DNA of 64,000 bases, taken from the NCBI GenBank assembly GCA_965207885.1, contig OZ242311.1:5120001-5184000 (forward strand). Direction: 5' to 3'. Made by a program: the position numbers and the translations under genes. The notes beneath the pieces are model-generated. The model was not told the DNA's origin. It saw only the letters and a program-made list of their open reading frames with translations, and ran no database searches. Position 1 is the stretch's first letter; each line of letters begins with the position of its first letter. The DNA comes from Candidatus Latescibacterota bacterium. GTDB taxonomy: Bacteria > Latescibacterota > UBA2968. Below, piece after piece: positions 38,844 through 48,897 of this stretch.

Positions 38844-40811
38844 ATGGGGTTTGCGAACATGGCTTCGGCACCGGAACCTGAAAAAAAAGCATCAACAGCA
38901 TCTGAATCGCTCACCATTCGGGCTTTTGTACTGGGGCTGATCACAATTGCGGGCATGTGTTTGTACGCAACCTACTTCGGGCGAAATTTGATGAAAAGCT
39001 TCGTGCCCGTCACCGCGTTGCTACCACTGGTATTGTGGGTGGGAATCAACACAGTTTTAAAGCTAATTTTGCCTCGCTTTGCCCTGTCGCGCACAGAGGT
39101 AATGGTGATTTTCGGAATGGTCTGGATGGTGGGTACTGCACCGGCAGTGGGCTGGGCCGGGTACTTGATTACAGATATTTCAGCACCCTCTGCTTTTTCT
39201 TCACCGGAAAACCGATTCTGGGAGGTCGTGGGAGCCTATATGCCCCGCTGGCTGTTTTTTGAACCGGGAGATATGGTGGTAGAAAAGCTGTACGTAGGAC
39301 TGGGATCAGAGGAACCGATTCCGTGGCGCAACTGGCTAACCCCGCTGTTCTGGTGGTTTGCCGGAACTGTGGCACTGGTAATGGCTGGTTTTTTTGCCAG
39401 CGTGTTGTTTTACAAACAGTGGGTGGAGCGGGAACGGCTGACATTTCCCCTGGCGACAATGCCCCTGGAACTGCTTCGGGAAGAACCCGCACACCGATTG
39501 CCGGTCGTATTCCGAACGCCCGTTTTCTGGATGGGTTTTGCGTGTACAGCAGGTGTGATCTTCTGGAATATTGCCGGGTATTTTATTCTGACAATTCCGC
39601 GCATTGGGATCTACGATCACTATTTGACCAAAGCCGTACACATCGGGCGCGATTTTCCGACCTTATACCTGAGGATTCAGCCCCTTTTGATGGGATTGGC
39701 CTACCTGTGTCCGCTAAATATACTGCTGAGCGTGTGGACTTTTTTTGTGCTCAATATTTTCAAACAAGCACTGATGGATAGAACGGGATTTACAGTGGGC
39801 ATGCAGGGACAGGCGGCAACCTCGGGAGAAATACGGATGCTGGAGGCGCACGGCGCACTGGTATTTCTCGTGATCTGGTCGGTCTGGGTAGCTAGAGGAC
39901 ATCTAAAAGAAACCCTGCAAAAGGCATTATCAGACGACCGGAGCAAAGACGATGGAACGCCCGTAACCTACCGCACGGCCTGGCTGGGATTCGGCGCGGC
40001 ATTTGCATTTCTCACAGGCTGGATGATATCTCTGGACATGCGACCCGTCGCGGCACTGCTACAGCTTTCACTGTTTTTCGTGATCTACTTTGGCGTGACC
40101 AAATACGCGGCAGCCACGGGATTCGTATTTCTATCACCCCAGGGACAGAAAGGAGGACCAATACTCAAGACACTCCTGGGAACAGCCAATTTTTCCCCCT
40201 CCGACCTGACGGGGATAATGGTGTTAAACCGCGGCGGACTGGCCGCGCATTCGGGGCGGATGCTGTCGATACCGGCCATTCCACATTTTTTTCGACTATT
40301 GCAACAAGCCCTGAAGCGCCGTTTTCTGGTCGTATGTGCTCTGCCCATCTCTCTGCTTGCCGCCTTTGCCGTAGCCTGTGGTGCCCAGCTTTATTTGTGT
40401 TATACAGAGGGCGGCCTAAACGCAGCCTATATGTACGATTGGACCGTAATGCTGAGGCAGGTAGGCATAATTGAGGGGACAGAACCCACATATTTTGACT
40501 TTCAGAAACTGTTGGTCTGGCTATTCGGAGTCGGAGAAGCGGGCCTGCTGACAGTCTTGAATACCCGGTTCGCCTCCTGGCCGATTCACCCTGTGGGACT
40601 CGCCTTCCCGAGTCATACGTACGGATTCGCTATTTTTGTCGTATGGCTCGTCAAAGCACTGACCCTCAAATTTGGGGGCGTAGTGCTCTACCGGCGATCA
40701 ATGCCCTTTTCCTATGGAATAGTAGTGGGATACCTGTTGGGCGTGGGGACATCAAGTGTCGTGGATGCGATCTGGTTTCCCGGAAGTGGACACTTTGTAC
40801 ACGGGTGGTAA
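38844..40811 (+). CDS. DUF6785/DUF6784-type polytopic membrane protein (putative transporter)
   Basis: IPWRNWLTPLFWW, KQWVERERLTFPL and WPIHPVG, with many TM segments. Confidence 0.7.
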   Translation: MGFANMASAPEPEKKASTASESLTIRAFVLGLITIAGMCLYATYFGRNLMKSFVPVTALLPLVLWVGINTVLKLILPRFALSRTEVMVIFGMVWMVGTAPAVGWAGYLITDISAPSAFSSPENRFWEVVGAYMPRWLFFEPGDMVVEKLYVGLGSEEPIPWRNWLTPLFWWFAGTVALVMAGFFASVLFYKQWVERERLTFPLATMPLELLREEPAHRLPVVFRTPVFWMGFACTAGVIFWNIAGYFILTIPRIGIYDHYLTKAVHIGRDFPTLYLRIQPLLMGLAYLCPLNILLSVWTFFVLNIFKQALMDRTGFTVGMQGQAATSGEIRMLEAHGALVFLVIWSVWVARGHLKETLQKALSDDRSKDDGTPVTYRTAWLGFGAAFAFLTGWMISLDMRPVAALLQLSLFFVIYFGVTKYAAATGFVFLSPQGQKGGPILKTLLGTANFSPSDLTGIMVLNRGGLAAHSGRMLSIPAIPHFFRLLQQALKRRFLVVCALPISLLAAFAVACGAQLYLCYTEGGLNAAYMYDWTVMLRQVGIIEGTEPTYFDFQKLLVWLFGVGEAGLLTVLNTRFASWPIHPVGLAFPSHTYGFAIFVVWLVKALTLKFGGVVLYRRSMPFSYGIVVGYLLGVGTSSVVDAIWFPGSGHFVHGW

Positions 40812-40813
40812 GC

Positions 40814-42424
40814 CTATTCCCCAATGACCAGAATCTGATTCGGAGACAGATTGCTCAGAGTTTGGGTGCGTCCAGAGGGCCACCAGATATCCAGACGGTC
40901 AATCTGTTCGGCATCGCCCAAACCGAAGTGGAGGCGCGGATCCCCCGAAGAGAGATACCCGGATTGACTTCGCACCTCCCGAGATTGGGTACGACCACCT
41001 GCAGTAAGGGTGACGCGAGTACCAATCGCACTGCGATTTGCGCCCTCTATCTCAACAATAAGCCAGGGATGAGCAGGCGGCGTATCGTTCCGATAGAGAT
41101 GTGGACGGGCATCGGCGACGAGCACAACCAGATCCAGATCACCGTCGGTATCTATATCGCCCAGCGCCGAACCCCGGCTGACAGCGGGTGATGTGAAACC
41201 CGCCGATTCGGAAACGTCTTCAAAAACGCCTGAAGTATTGCGGAAAAACTGATCGGTCTGAGGATAGGACTCGGCAGAAGAAAAATCCGATACATTGGGA
41301 AAAATATGACCATTGGCGACAAAAAGATCCAGATCCCCATCGCTATCCGCGTCGAAGAAATGTGTGCCAAAGCCCAGGGGAAGAGTACTCGGTCCCACAA
41401 GCCCCACGCGGGCACTGGCCTCGGCAAAAACACCCTGTTCTGTATGGTGATAAAAAGCATTTGACTCATAGGAAAAATTGGTAACAATAAGATCCGTGCG
41501 CCCATCGCCATCCACATCGCCAGCATCCACGCCCATGCCGGCCTGTGGACGGCCCGAAGCACTTGTGCTCACACCCGCTTTGAGGCCCACTTCAGTAAAG
41601 CGATCGCCATCATTTCGATAGAGAAAATTGGGCGTCGTATCATTGGCGATATAGAGATCGGTATCGCCATCCCGGTCGTAATCCAGCGAGAGCACGCCCA
41701 GACCCTTGCCCCGGGGATCGGCGATACCGGCCCGCTGAGAAATATCTTCAAATGTGCCGTCACCACTATTCAGATACAACAAATCGGGAGCACCCCGAAA
41801 CCGGTACGGCGCGCAGTAAGTCCGCACACCACTGCGTTCGCACACCGGCTCGCGGGCGGGATCGTACGTGAGATAGCGCACCACATAGAGATCCAGATCC
41901 CCATCGGCTTCAAAATCGAAAAAAGCCGCCCCCGCGCTCCATCCGCCTGCAGTCACATTGGCTTGCCGGGAAGCGTCTTTGAAAGTAGCATCTCCATTGT
42001 TCACATACAGAATATTTTCGGGATAGCCGGTAACGTAGAGATCCAGATCGCCGTCATTATCCGCATCGCCCACAGCGCAGCCCATGCCATAACCCCGGCC
42101 GGGCGCACCTGAAGATTCGGTAATATCGGTCAGGCGAATCGTTTTATCCGTATCATTGCGATACAGCGCATTGCTACCCCGAACCGGTTGCCCGGGCAAA
42201 TTGGCACCATTAACCAGATAGAGATCCAGGTCCCCATCGCCATCCGCGTCGAAAAGCGCACAGCCAGAACCCATCGTCTCGATATAGTGCCATCCGCCCC
42301 TGGCTCCGGTACTGTGGACAAAATGGATCCCCGCCTTCTCCGCTATTTCAGTAAAACGGATAGCATCAGCGGCAACAAAATGGGGCGCGCAAAACAGGAA
42401 CAGGAACAACGCGACGCGAATCAT
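40814..42424 (-). CDS. CRTAC1-family FG-GAP + ASPIC/UnbV secreted protein
   Basis: ETMGSGCALFDADGDGDLDLY, AGMGVDAGDVDGDG, SRGSALGD and GYLSSGDPRLHFGLG. Confidence 0.85.
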   Translation of the reverse strand: MIRVALFLFLFCAPHFVAADAIRFTEIAEKAGIHFVHSTGARGGWHYIETMGSGCALFDADGDGDLDLYLVNGANLPGQPVRGSNALYRNDTDKTIRLTDITESSGAPGRGYGMGCAVGDADNDGDLDLYVTGYPENILYVNNGDATFKDASRQANVTAGGWSAGAAFFDFEADGDLDLYVVRYLTYDPAREPVCERSGVRTYCAPYRFRGAPDLLYLNSGDGTFEDISQRAGIADPRGKGLGVLSLDYDRDGDTDLYIANDTTPNFLYRNDGDRFTEVGLKAGVSTSASGRPQAGMGVDAGDVDGDGRTDLIVTNFSYESNAFYHHTEQGVFAEASARVGLVGPSTLPLGFGTHFFDADSDGDLDLFVANGHIFPNVSDFSSAESYPQTDQFFRNTSGVFEDVSESAGFTSPAVSRGSALGDIDTDGDLDLVVLVADARPHLYRNDTPPAHPWLIVEIEGANRSAIGTRVTLTAGGRTQSREVRSQSGYLSSGDPRLHFGLGDAEQIDRLDIWWPSGRTQTLSNLSPNQILVIGE

Positions 42425-42426
42425 GG

Positions 42427-44445
42427 TCATTGTCCCTCTTCCATGCGGCGAATAAAATCCCGAATGAGATTTGCATCGGGATGATCCGGACGAAGCCTGA
42501 GAACCTTCCGAAAAGCGGGCAGCGCATCTTCCGGACGATTCGCCCGCAGGCAGGCCAGGCCCAGGGCGTGTTGAATATCGGCATTCTCGGGACTGAGACT
42601 TGCGGCTTTGCGATAGGTATTAATCGCTTCGTCCAAAAGCCCGGCATCCTCAAAAGCGCGGGCGCGGTTCAGGTAGGTACTGACCTGATCAGGCTGCTTC
42701 TGCAACCACGCGATTTCGCGGGCAATAGCCAGAGAATCGGGGTGTCCGGGACTGAGTCGAAGACCCGTTTTGAGAGCTGATGCAGCCGCGGTTTTTTGCC
42801 CAGTCTGCAAATAGACCATACCCAGACCGAGATGTGCGTCTCCATCGTCGCCCTTAAGCTCAATGGCTTTTCGGAAAGCCTGAATCGCATCCGGAAACTG
42901 TTTCAAATAAGCCAGAGCCTCGCCCAGATAGCGGTGAGCATCGGCATTTTTAGGCGTCAGGCGCACAGCCTCTCGAATGGATGAAAGGCCCTGCTCATAG
43001 CGTCCCATATCCAGTTGCAGACTGCCCAGAGACAGGTGAATATCGGCCAGATGGGGATTGAGACGCAGCGCTTCTCGAAAAGCATTTTCCGCCTCTTCAA
43101 AACGCGCGGCATTTCGATAGGCAATACCCATATTGTGATAGATGAGCGGATCTTGCGGATAGATCCGGCGGGCAGTGTGCAGAGTGCGAATAGCCTCCTC
43201 AAAACGCCCGGCCTCGGTATGGGCAATGCCCAGATTAAAGTGCAAATCGGCATAATCGGGATTGAATTGAGCCGCCTGTTTGAAGGCAGTGACCGCTTCA
43301 TCATAGCGCCCCAGAGCCTCATAAGCGCGCCCCAGATTAAAATGGGCATCGGCGTGCTCTGGATTGTGCGAGATGGCTCGCTCTAAAACTTCGGTCGCCT
43401 GGTCGTGGTGCCCCATCTCGATATAGACAACGCCCAGATTGTAGTGCGCATCGGCATTTTCGGGAGACAGGCGAATCGCCTCTTTCAGTGCGTCTTCTGC
43501 GCGAGTGTGGGATTGCGTATTGGCAAGGGCAATGCCCAGCGTCAGATAAGCAACCGCAAAATCGGACTTGAGACGAACCGCCGTCTGCAAAGGCGCAATA
43601 GCAGCCTCGTGATTCCCCTGAAGATGGTATAGAATACCCAGATTGTAGTGAGTAATGGGATCATCCGGCTTGAGGCGGATCGCATCCTGGAACGAGACAG
43701 CAGCGCGATCGGGCTGCCCCAAACTGGCATAGGTCACCCCCAGATTGTAGCGAGTCAGTGGATCATCTGGCTTGAGGCGCACAGCGGTCTGCAGGGCACC
43801 GAGCGCTTCTCTGAACCGGCGTTGCGCGACAAAGAGCAACCCCAGGTGGCTGTGGGCATCGGCATAATCGGCATCCTCGGCAAGGGCGAGGGTGAGGTGA
43901 CCGCGCACAACATCCGGATCCTCGGCATTGCCAGTCAGCATACTCCGGGCGCGCACCCAGTGGATATACGCCTGAACTGATCGGGTGGGTCTGCGAATAA
44001 TCGCCTCCCATTCGATGACAGTGGAGCTGAGATCAACACCGTCCAGGAAGCGGCGAATCACGCTATCCTGCAGGGCGAATAGAGAATCGAGAGGACCTTC
44101 CACCTCTCCCAGCTCCAGAATATCGTCAGTATCAACCCGCAAAACGCGGGCGGAAATCTGGAGCTGGTCTTTCTGCAACCGACAGGCACCATACAGGACC
44201 AGTGTTGCCCCCGCTGACTGGCCAATTTGCACAGGCGTCTGATATTGGGACAGAGCGGCATTCAGCCGATTGGAATCGACCATTTGCAGTGCCGACACGC
44301 GGCGGAGCTTATCTGACAAACTCCAGGCCATACCCTCCGAGAGCCAATCGGTATTCGCCTCTTCAAAAGGCAAAACCGCGACCACCGGGCGACTGTGAGC
44401 CGACAGGGGCATTATCAGGATAAAAAAGAAAATAATAACGCGCAT
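42427..44445 (-). CDS. Secreted TolB_N/CsgG-like domain + long TPR array protein
   Basis: VAVLPFE N-terminal domain followed by more than 10 canonical TPRs (A.RL.PD...AHYNLG). Confidence 0.8.
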   Translation of the reverse strand: MRVIIFFFILIMPLSAHSRPVVAVLPFEEANTDWLSEGMAWSLSDKLRRVSALQMVDSNRLNAALSQYQTPVQIGQSAGATLVLYGACRLQKDQLQISARVLRVDTDDILELGEVEGPLDSLFALQDSVIRRFLDGVDLSSTVIEWEAIIRRPTRSVQAYIHWVRARSMLTGNAEDPDVVRGHLTLALAEDADYADAHSHLGLLFVAQRRFREALGALQTAVRLKPDDPLTRYNLGVTYASLGQPDRAAVSFQDAIRLKPDDPITHYNLGILYHLQGNHEAAIAPLQTAVRLKSDFAVAYLTLGIALANTQSHTRAEDALKEAIRLSPENADAHYNLGVVYIEMGHHDQATEVLERAISHNPEHADAHFNLGRAYEALGRYDEAVTAFKQAAQFNPDYADLHFNLGIAHTEAGRFEEAIRTLHTARRIYPQDPLIYHNMGIAYRNAARFEEAENAFREALRLNPHLADIHLSLGSLQLDMGRYEQGLSSIREAVRLTPKNADAHRYLGEALAYLKQFPDAIQAFRKAIELKGDDGDAHLGLGMVYLQTGQKTAAASALKTGLRLSPGHPDSLAIAREIAWLQKQPDQVSTYLNRARAFEDAGLLDEAINTYRKAASLSPENADIQHALGLACLRANRPEDALPAFRKVLRLRPDHPDANLIRDFIRRMEEGQ

Positions 44446-44614
44446 GAAAAACTCCTGGACAGTTCAATCCACAATCTAAGGCGTGTATGCAAAAAATGCA
44501 ATTACTGCCTTACCTGAAGAGAGACCAGCGCGAAAAAACAGCGATTCCATTCTATTTTTTTGTTATACTTTAGAAAACCTTGCGGAGAATCACATCTCTT
44601 GTGAACACAGCACA

Positions 44615-47032
44615 ATGAAAAATTATCACTTCTATCTTGCGATTGGCCTTTTTATCGGATTATGCGGGACCGGAATGTTACATGCCCAGGACGCCGAGAC
44701 GATTTACGCCCGGGCATTACAGGCCTCGCACAAGGACAGTGTAAAACAGGCCATCAAAGACCTGGAAAAAATCGCCGGGCAACAGACCCAGCCTGCGCGG
44801 GTGCTGACCATGATCGGACAACTCCATCTCCAGTCTAAACAGGCCGACGACGCTATCAAAGCATTTCGCAAAGCAGTGCAGGCCGATTCGGCGTGCGTGG
44901 AAGCGCATCTGGGCTCAGGGCTGGCTTATCTGGATTTGAAAAACGACTGGCGGGGTGCCCGCCCCCATTTGCAAAGAGCCGTAGCACTGGATTCGACCCA
45001 GGCAAAAATGTACTACCATCTCGCCCGCCTCTATCTAATATCTGAAACAGGCGATGCCGTAAAAGCGGCGGGACGGGCAATCCAGATCGATCCCGAATAC
45101 GCGCCGGGATATCTGCTTCTTGGCCAGCTCTACAATGACGACAAATTGGATCAGGTAGCGGTTTATTATTACGACCAGTACCTCAAGCGCCAGCCCAAAG
45201 ACCAAGAAGCGGCCTACCTGTTTATCCGCAGCCTGGCCGAATCGGGCAAAAAGGCAGAAGCCGAACGCCTGCTGGGTCGGCTGGAAGACCCGCGGGGCTA
45301 TGCAATTCTGGGACAAATACTCATGGAGCGGGGCAATTTCGAAGACGCGCTCATCGCTTTTGAAGAATACATTTCCACACTATCTGAAGAGGAAGGAGCA
45401 CTCTACTGGGATATCTCGATAGTAGCGATACCCAGAGAAGCGGAGGCCTATCGACAAAGCCCACCAGAGCGCCGGAGAGATTTCCTGCGGCGATTCTGGC
45501 TGAGAAAAGACCCCCTGAAAGCCAGTGGCGGACTGATGCGATGGTGCGAGCACTATCGGCGAGTGCTCTATGCGCGGGAAAACTACGGACGAAAGCAATT
45601 TCCCTATGATCGGCGCGGAGAAGTCTATATCCGTTATGGGGAACCAGACCACCGCTCCACTTCCCGCTCATTAAACCTCAACGTACCCCAACCAGTGGAA
45701 ATCATCCAGACAGAACTCGCCCGCCGGCTCTACGGTCCCGATGGTGTACACCACACGTTTCTGGGACCTGTATATCCAGTGAAAACAGAAAGATTTATCA
45801 ACATCATCGACGAAGACAACCCCGAACTGGACGACCTGCCCCGCATGCCCTTTGAAGGTTCCATGCAAGCCCGTGCGGGCATGGCCGCTGAAGACACTCT
45901 GGGATTTTACGGATACAAACCCGTGACAACGGGCATTGCAGGGATGACCGTGAAATGGGAAGTGTGGTTTTACACCCGCATCGGCGGAGGTATCGAAGTG
46001 GTATTTACCGACGAATTTACCTCCGGGCGTTACGATTACGCGCCACCACCTGTTCTGACCACAGAAGACCGAAACCGCCTGGAACGTTTTGGGCACGACC
46101 AAACCCTGCGGATATCGCGACTATTCTCGGAATATTCGCCGGCCACCTTCATGCCCCGCATCACCCGGGACATACCCGAAGTCTATAACATTAGTTATTA
46201 CGAACCACTGGATTTTCATTTTGATACAGTGGATTTTAAAGGAACAGACGACAATACAGAAATTCGGGTATTCATGGGAGTACCCACCCGCAACCTCTAT
46301 GTGCAGGATGCCAGCGACACGGCGCGGGTACAGCGGCGGGTAGCTCTGATCAACGAGCGCTCTGGAAAAGTCTATCGCGTACAGGGCGATGTTGAAGTCA
46401 TGGCACCACGGGGCAGCAGATCCGTACTGGTGGAAGAATTTCCAATGGACGTGCCCCCGGGCGATTATACGCTCGCCGTTCAAGTCTGGCGCCCAGAAGT
46501 GGACTTGATGGGCGTTTATCAAAAAGCTGTACCGGTAGATTCATACAACCGGGATACACTGATGGTCAGCGGCATCCAGGTAGCCCGTGCAGTAGCTCAG
46601 GTAGATTCGGGAACCACGGGCCAGTTTGTGAGATCGGGCTTCCGGGTCGATCCCTCGCCAGGTCGGATATTCTACCAGGAAACATCGTTTTTTATTTATT
46701 TTGAAATCTACAATTTGCTGCGCGATTCATTTGGACAGACGCACTACGAAGTCGCCTATACAGTGCGAGACGCCAACCATACGCCGCTGCTGATCCGCGC
46801 GCTATCGGGGCTGGGCCGGATGCTATCGGGCGGTAGCAGAGAGGAAGTGACGATTCGGTATGAGCAAACGGGCACGCAAACAAAAAGCGAAAACTTTGTA
46901 GAACTGGATTTGGGAGATATCGCACCCGGTCAACACGAAGTAGTCGTCTCCGTAAAAGATCTAAACCGCGACATTGAAGTGTTCAAAACAGCCCGTTTTT
47001 ACGTGGTGGAAGCAAAGGCCCAAAGCGAATGA
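44615..47032 (+). CDS. Secreted TPR + GWxTD-like domain protein, paralog 5
   Basis: Signal peptide from ATG 44615 and FWLRKDP...EHYRRVLYARENY...YDRRGEVYIRYGEPD. Confidence 0.8.
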   Translation: MKNYHFYLAIGLFIGLCGTGMLHAQDAETIYARALQASHKDSVKQAIKDLEKIAGQQTQPARVLTMIGQLHLQSKQADDAIKAFRKAVQADSACVEAHLGSGLAYLDLKNDWRGARPHLQRAVALDSTQAKMYYHLARLYLISETGDAVKAAGRAIQIDPEYAPGYLLLGQLYNDDKLDQVAVYYYDQYLKRQPKDQEAAYLFIRSLAESGKKAEAERLLGRLEDPRGYAILGQILMERGNFEDALIAFEEYISTLSEEEGALYWDISIVAIPREAEAYRQSPPERRRDFLRRFWLRKDPLKASGGLMRWCEHYRRVLYARENYGRKQFPYDRRGEVYIRYGEPDHRSTSRSLNLNVPQPVEIIQTELARRLYGPDGVHHTFLGPVYPVKTERFINIIDEDNPELDDLPRMPFEGSMQARAGMAAEDTLGFYGYKPVTTGIAGMTVKWEVWFYTRIGGGIEVVFTDEFTSGRYDYAPPPVLTTEDRNRLERFGHDQTLRISRLFSEYSPATFMPRITRDIPEVYNISYYEPLDFHFDTVDFKGTDDNTEIRVFMGVPTRNLYVQDASDTARVQRRVALINERSGKVYRVQGDVEVMAPRGSRSVLVEEFPMDVPPGDYTLAVQVWRPEVDLMGVYQKAVPVDSYNRDTLMVSGIQVARAVAQVDSGTTGQFVRSGFRVDPSPGRIFYQETSFFIYFEIYNLLRDSFGQTHYEVAYTVRDANHTPLLIRALSGLGRMLSGGSREEVTIRYEQTGTQTKSENFVELDLGDIAPGQHEVVVSVKDLNRDIEVFKTARFYVVEAKAQSE

Positions 47033-47910
47033 GCAACTCTATGGAACAAAATGGATTCCGCGCCTTTGTGGTACTCGCGCGCCCCTTCACACTACTGGCA
47101 CCTGCCGTCGGATTTCTCGCGGGATCGGCAATGGCTACCGGCGGAGAGATCCCAACAGCGGGCCTGGTAGGCACGCTGGCTGTCACAATCCTGAATGCGG
47201 GATCGAACATCATCAACCAGTGCTGCGATCTGGAAATTGATCGGATCAACAAACCCACCCGCCCCATGCCCTCGGGGAGCGTATCCATGCGCGGGGCAGC
47301 ACTGCTGGGAACCGCGTGCTATATTATCGCCCTCGGTCTCGCCTATCTGGTACATCCCCGACTGCTGGGCATCTTCGCGGTGGGTGCATTGCTCACGCTC
47401 GCCTATTCAGCACCGCCCTTGCGGCTGAAACGACACGCACTCTCTTCAAGTCTGGCACTGGGATTCGGACGGGGGTGTTTGCTACCCATAGGGGGATGGG
47501 CAGTTGTGGAACCTATATGGCACCCGGCACCCTGGTTTGTGGGCCTGGTATTCGGCCTCTACGTGTTTGGAGCCAGCAACACCAAAGATTTCGCAGATGT
47601 GGAAGGAGACCGCGCCTTCGGCATGAAGACATTACCCGTACTATTGGGACCCCGGCGAGCAGCGTGGATGATACTGCCTTTTCTGGTATTGCCCTTTGCG
47701 CTCATTCCCATTGGTGCGATGTGGGAATGGGTGCCGTCGAGCGCGCAGTGGCTGGGCTTTCTGGCATTTTGGGGCGGGTATGTCGGGTGGTTGATGTTGA
47801 AGCGCCCCGAGGCATTAACATTTGAATCCAATCACATTTCTTGGAAACACATGTATTTGCTATTGATGGCGGGACATGTGGGGTTTGTGTACGTATTTGC
47901 AATCGGCTAA
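47029..47910 (+). CDS. UbiA-family prenyltransferase (DGGGP synthase/chlorophyll synthase-like motifs)
   Basis: NQCCDLEIDRINKPTRPMPSG, YSAPPLRLK and KDFADVEGD....KTLPV. Confidence 0.85.
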   Translation: MSNSMEQNGFRAFVVLARPFTLLAPAVGFLAGSAMATGGEIPTAGLVGTLAVTILNAGSNIINQCCDLEIDRINKPTRPMPSGSVSMRGAALLGTACYIIALGLAYLVHPRLLGIFAVGALLTLAYSAPPLRLKRHALSSSLALGFGRGCLLPIGGWAVVEPIWHPAPWFVGLVFGLYVFGASNTKDFADVEGDRAFGMKTLPVLLGPRRAAWMILPFLVLPFALIPIGAMWEWVPSSAQWLGFLAFWGGYVGWLMLKRPEALTFESNHISWKHMYLLLMAGHVGFVYVFAIG

Positions 47911-47924
47911 CGCGGAGGTTTGCC

Positions 47925-48884
47925 ATGGCGGCGGAACTGACATATCACGACCATGCGCGAGACTTAAACCGGGAACTGCGGGCGGCAATTTCAAAGGAAC
48001 GGCTGACAGACCTGCACCAGCGGCGGCCCTGGCGACATTTTTGGATCGCCTTCCGGCAGATAGCACTGCTGGTGGGACTACCCGTCTGGATTTACCACGT
48101 CGATTCATTCTGGGCCTGGTTTCCCGCAAGCGTACTCCTGGGATTCGTAATTTTCAGCTTCTCCGTTTTGCTACACGAATCCGTACATCGGTGCATTTTC
48201 CGCAAAAAACACCGCCTCAACGACCTCCTGGGGCTTGTGTACGGGTGGATTTCAGGGCTGGCATCTTCACAGTTCAAGCGGTGGCATCTGGACCATCACG
48301 ATCACCTGGGTTCCTTGCAGGCCGACCCCAAACGCGCGCACCTGTCACCCCGCATCAATTCACCTTGGTTCAAGCTACTTTACTGCACGCCAATGCTATT
48401 CCCCATTTATTTTCGGGCAGTAGCCGAAACCTTCAAAGGCTATCCAGAACAACTGTGCCGCCAGATCAAACGAGAACGCACATTGGGAATCATCCTGCAC
48501 CTGGGAATCCTGACGTGGTTCTGGACGCTGGACCCGTGGTTTGCTTTTAAAGCGCATCTTTTTCCGGTATTTTTTATCTTTCCCATTGCTTTTACTGTCA
48601 ACCGGTTGGGGCAGCACTATGTGATAAATCCAGATGAAATCGCCAACTGGACAACCCTCATGCGATCCAATTGGATATGGAATTTTCTCTATCTGTTTTC
48701 GACATATCACCTGGAACACCACTATTTCCCGGGCGTGCCGTTTTACAACCTGCGGAAATTGCAAAAAGAACTGGAACCCTTTTTCCAACGGAAACAGATG
48801 GCATTTTTTTCCTACAGTCAGGTGCTCTATCTCTGGTTTATCAAAAACCACGCACCCCATACGCAGTCAGACATCATAATATAA
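47925..48884 (+). CDS. Membrane fatty-acid desaturase-family di-iron enzyme
   Basis: Three His boxes (HESVH, HLDHH, YHLEHHYFP). RBS GGAGG. Confidence 0.85.
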   Translation: MAAELTYHDHARDLNRELRAAISKERLTDLHQRRPWRHFWIAFRQIALLVGLPVWIYHVDSFWAWFPASVLLGFVIFSFSVLLHESVHRCIFRKKHRLNDLLGLVYGWISGLASSQFKRWHLDHHDHLGSLQADPKRAHLSPRINSPWFKLLYCTPMLFPIYFRAVAETFKGYPEQLCRQIKRERTLGIILHLGILTWFWTLDPWFAFKAHLFPVFFIFPIAFTVNRLGQHYVINPDEIANWTTLMRSNWIWNFLYLFSTYHLEHHYFPGVPFYNLRKLQKELEPFFQRKQMAFFSYSQVLYLWFIKNHAPHTQSDIII

Positions 48885-48897
48885 AACAAGAGGAGCC

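Noticed and set aside
44483-44614. Upstream extension of the fifth GWxTD ORF
   Set aside because: This is the divergent promoter region; the signal peptide begins at ATG 44615.
47029-47910. Assignment as chlorophyll synthase, or as proof of archaeal-type lipids
   Set aside because: No photosynthesis or GGGP synthase genes in the window, and motifs alone do not fix the substrate.
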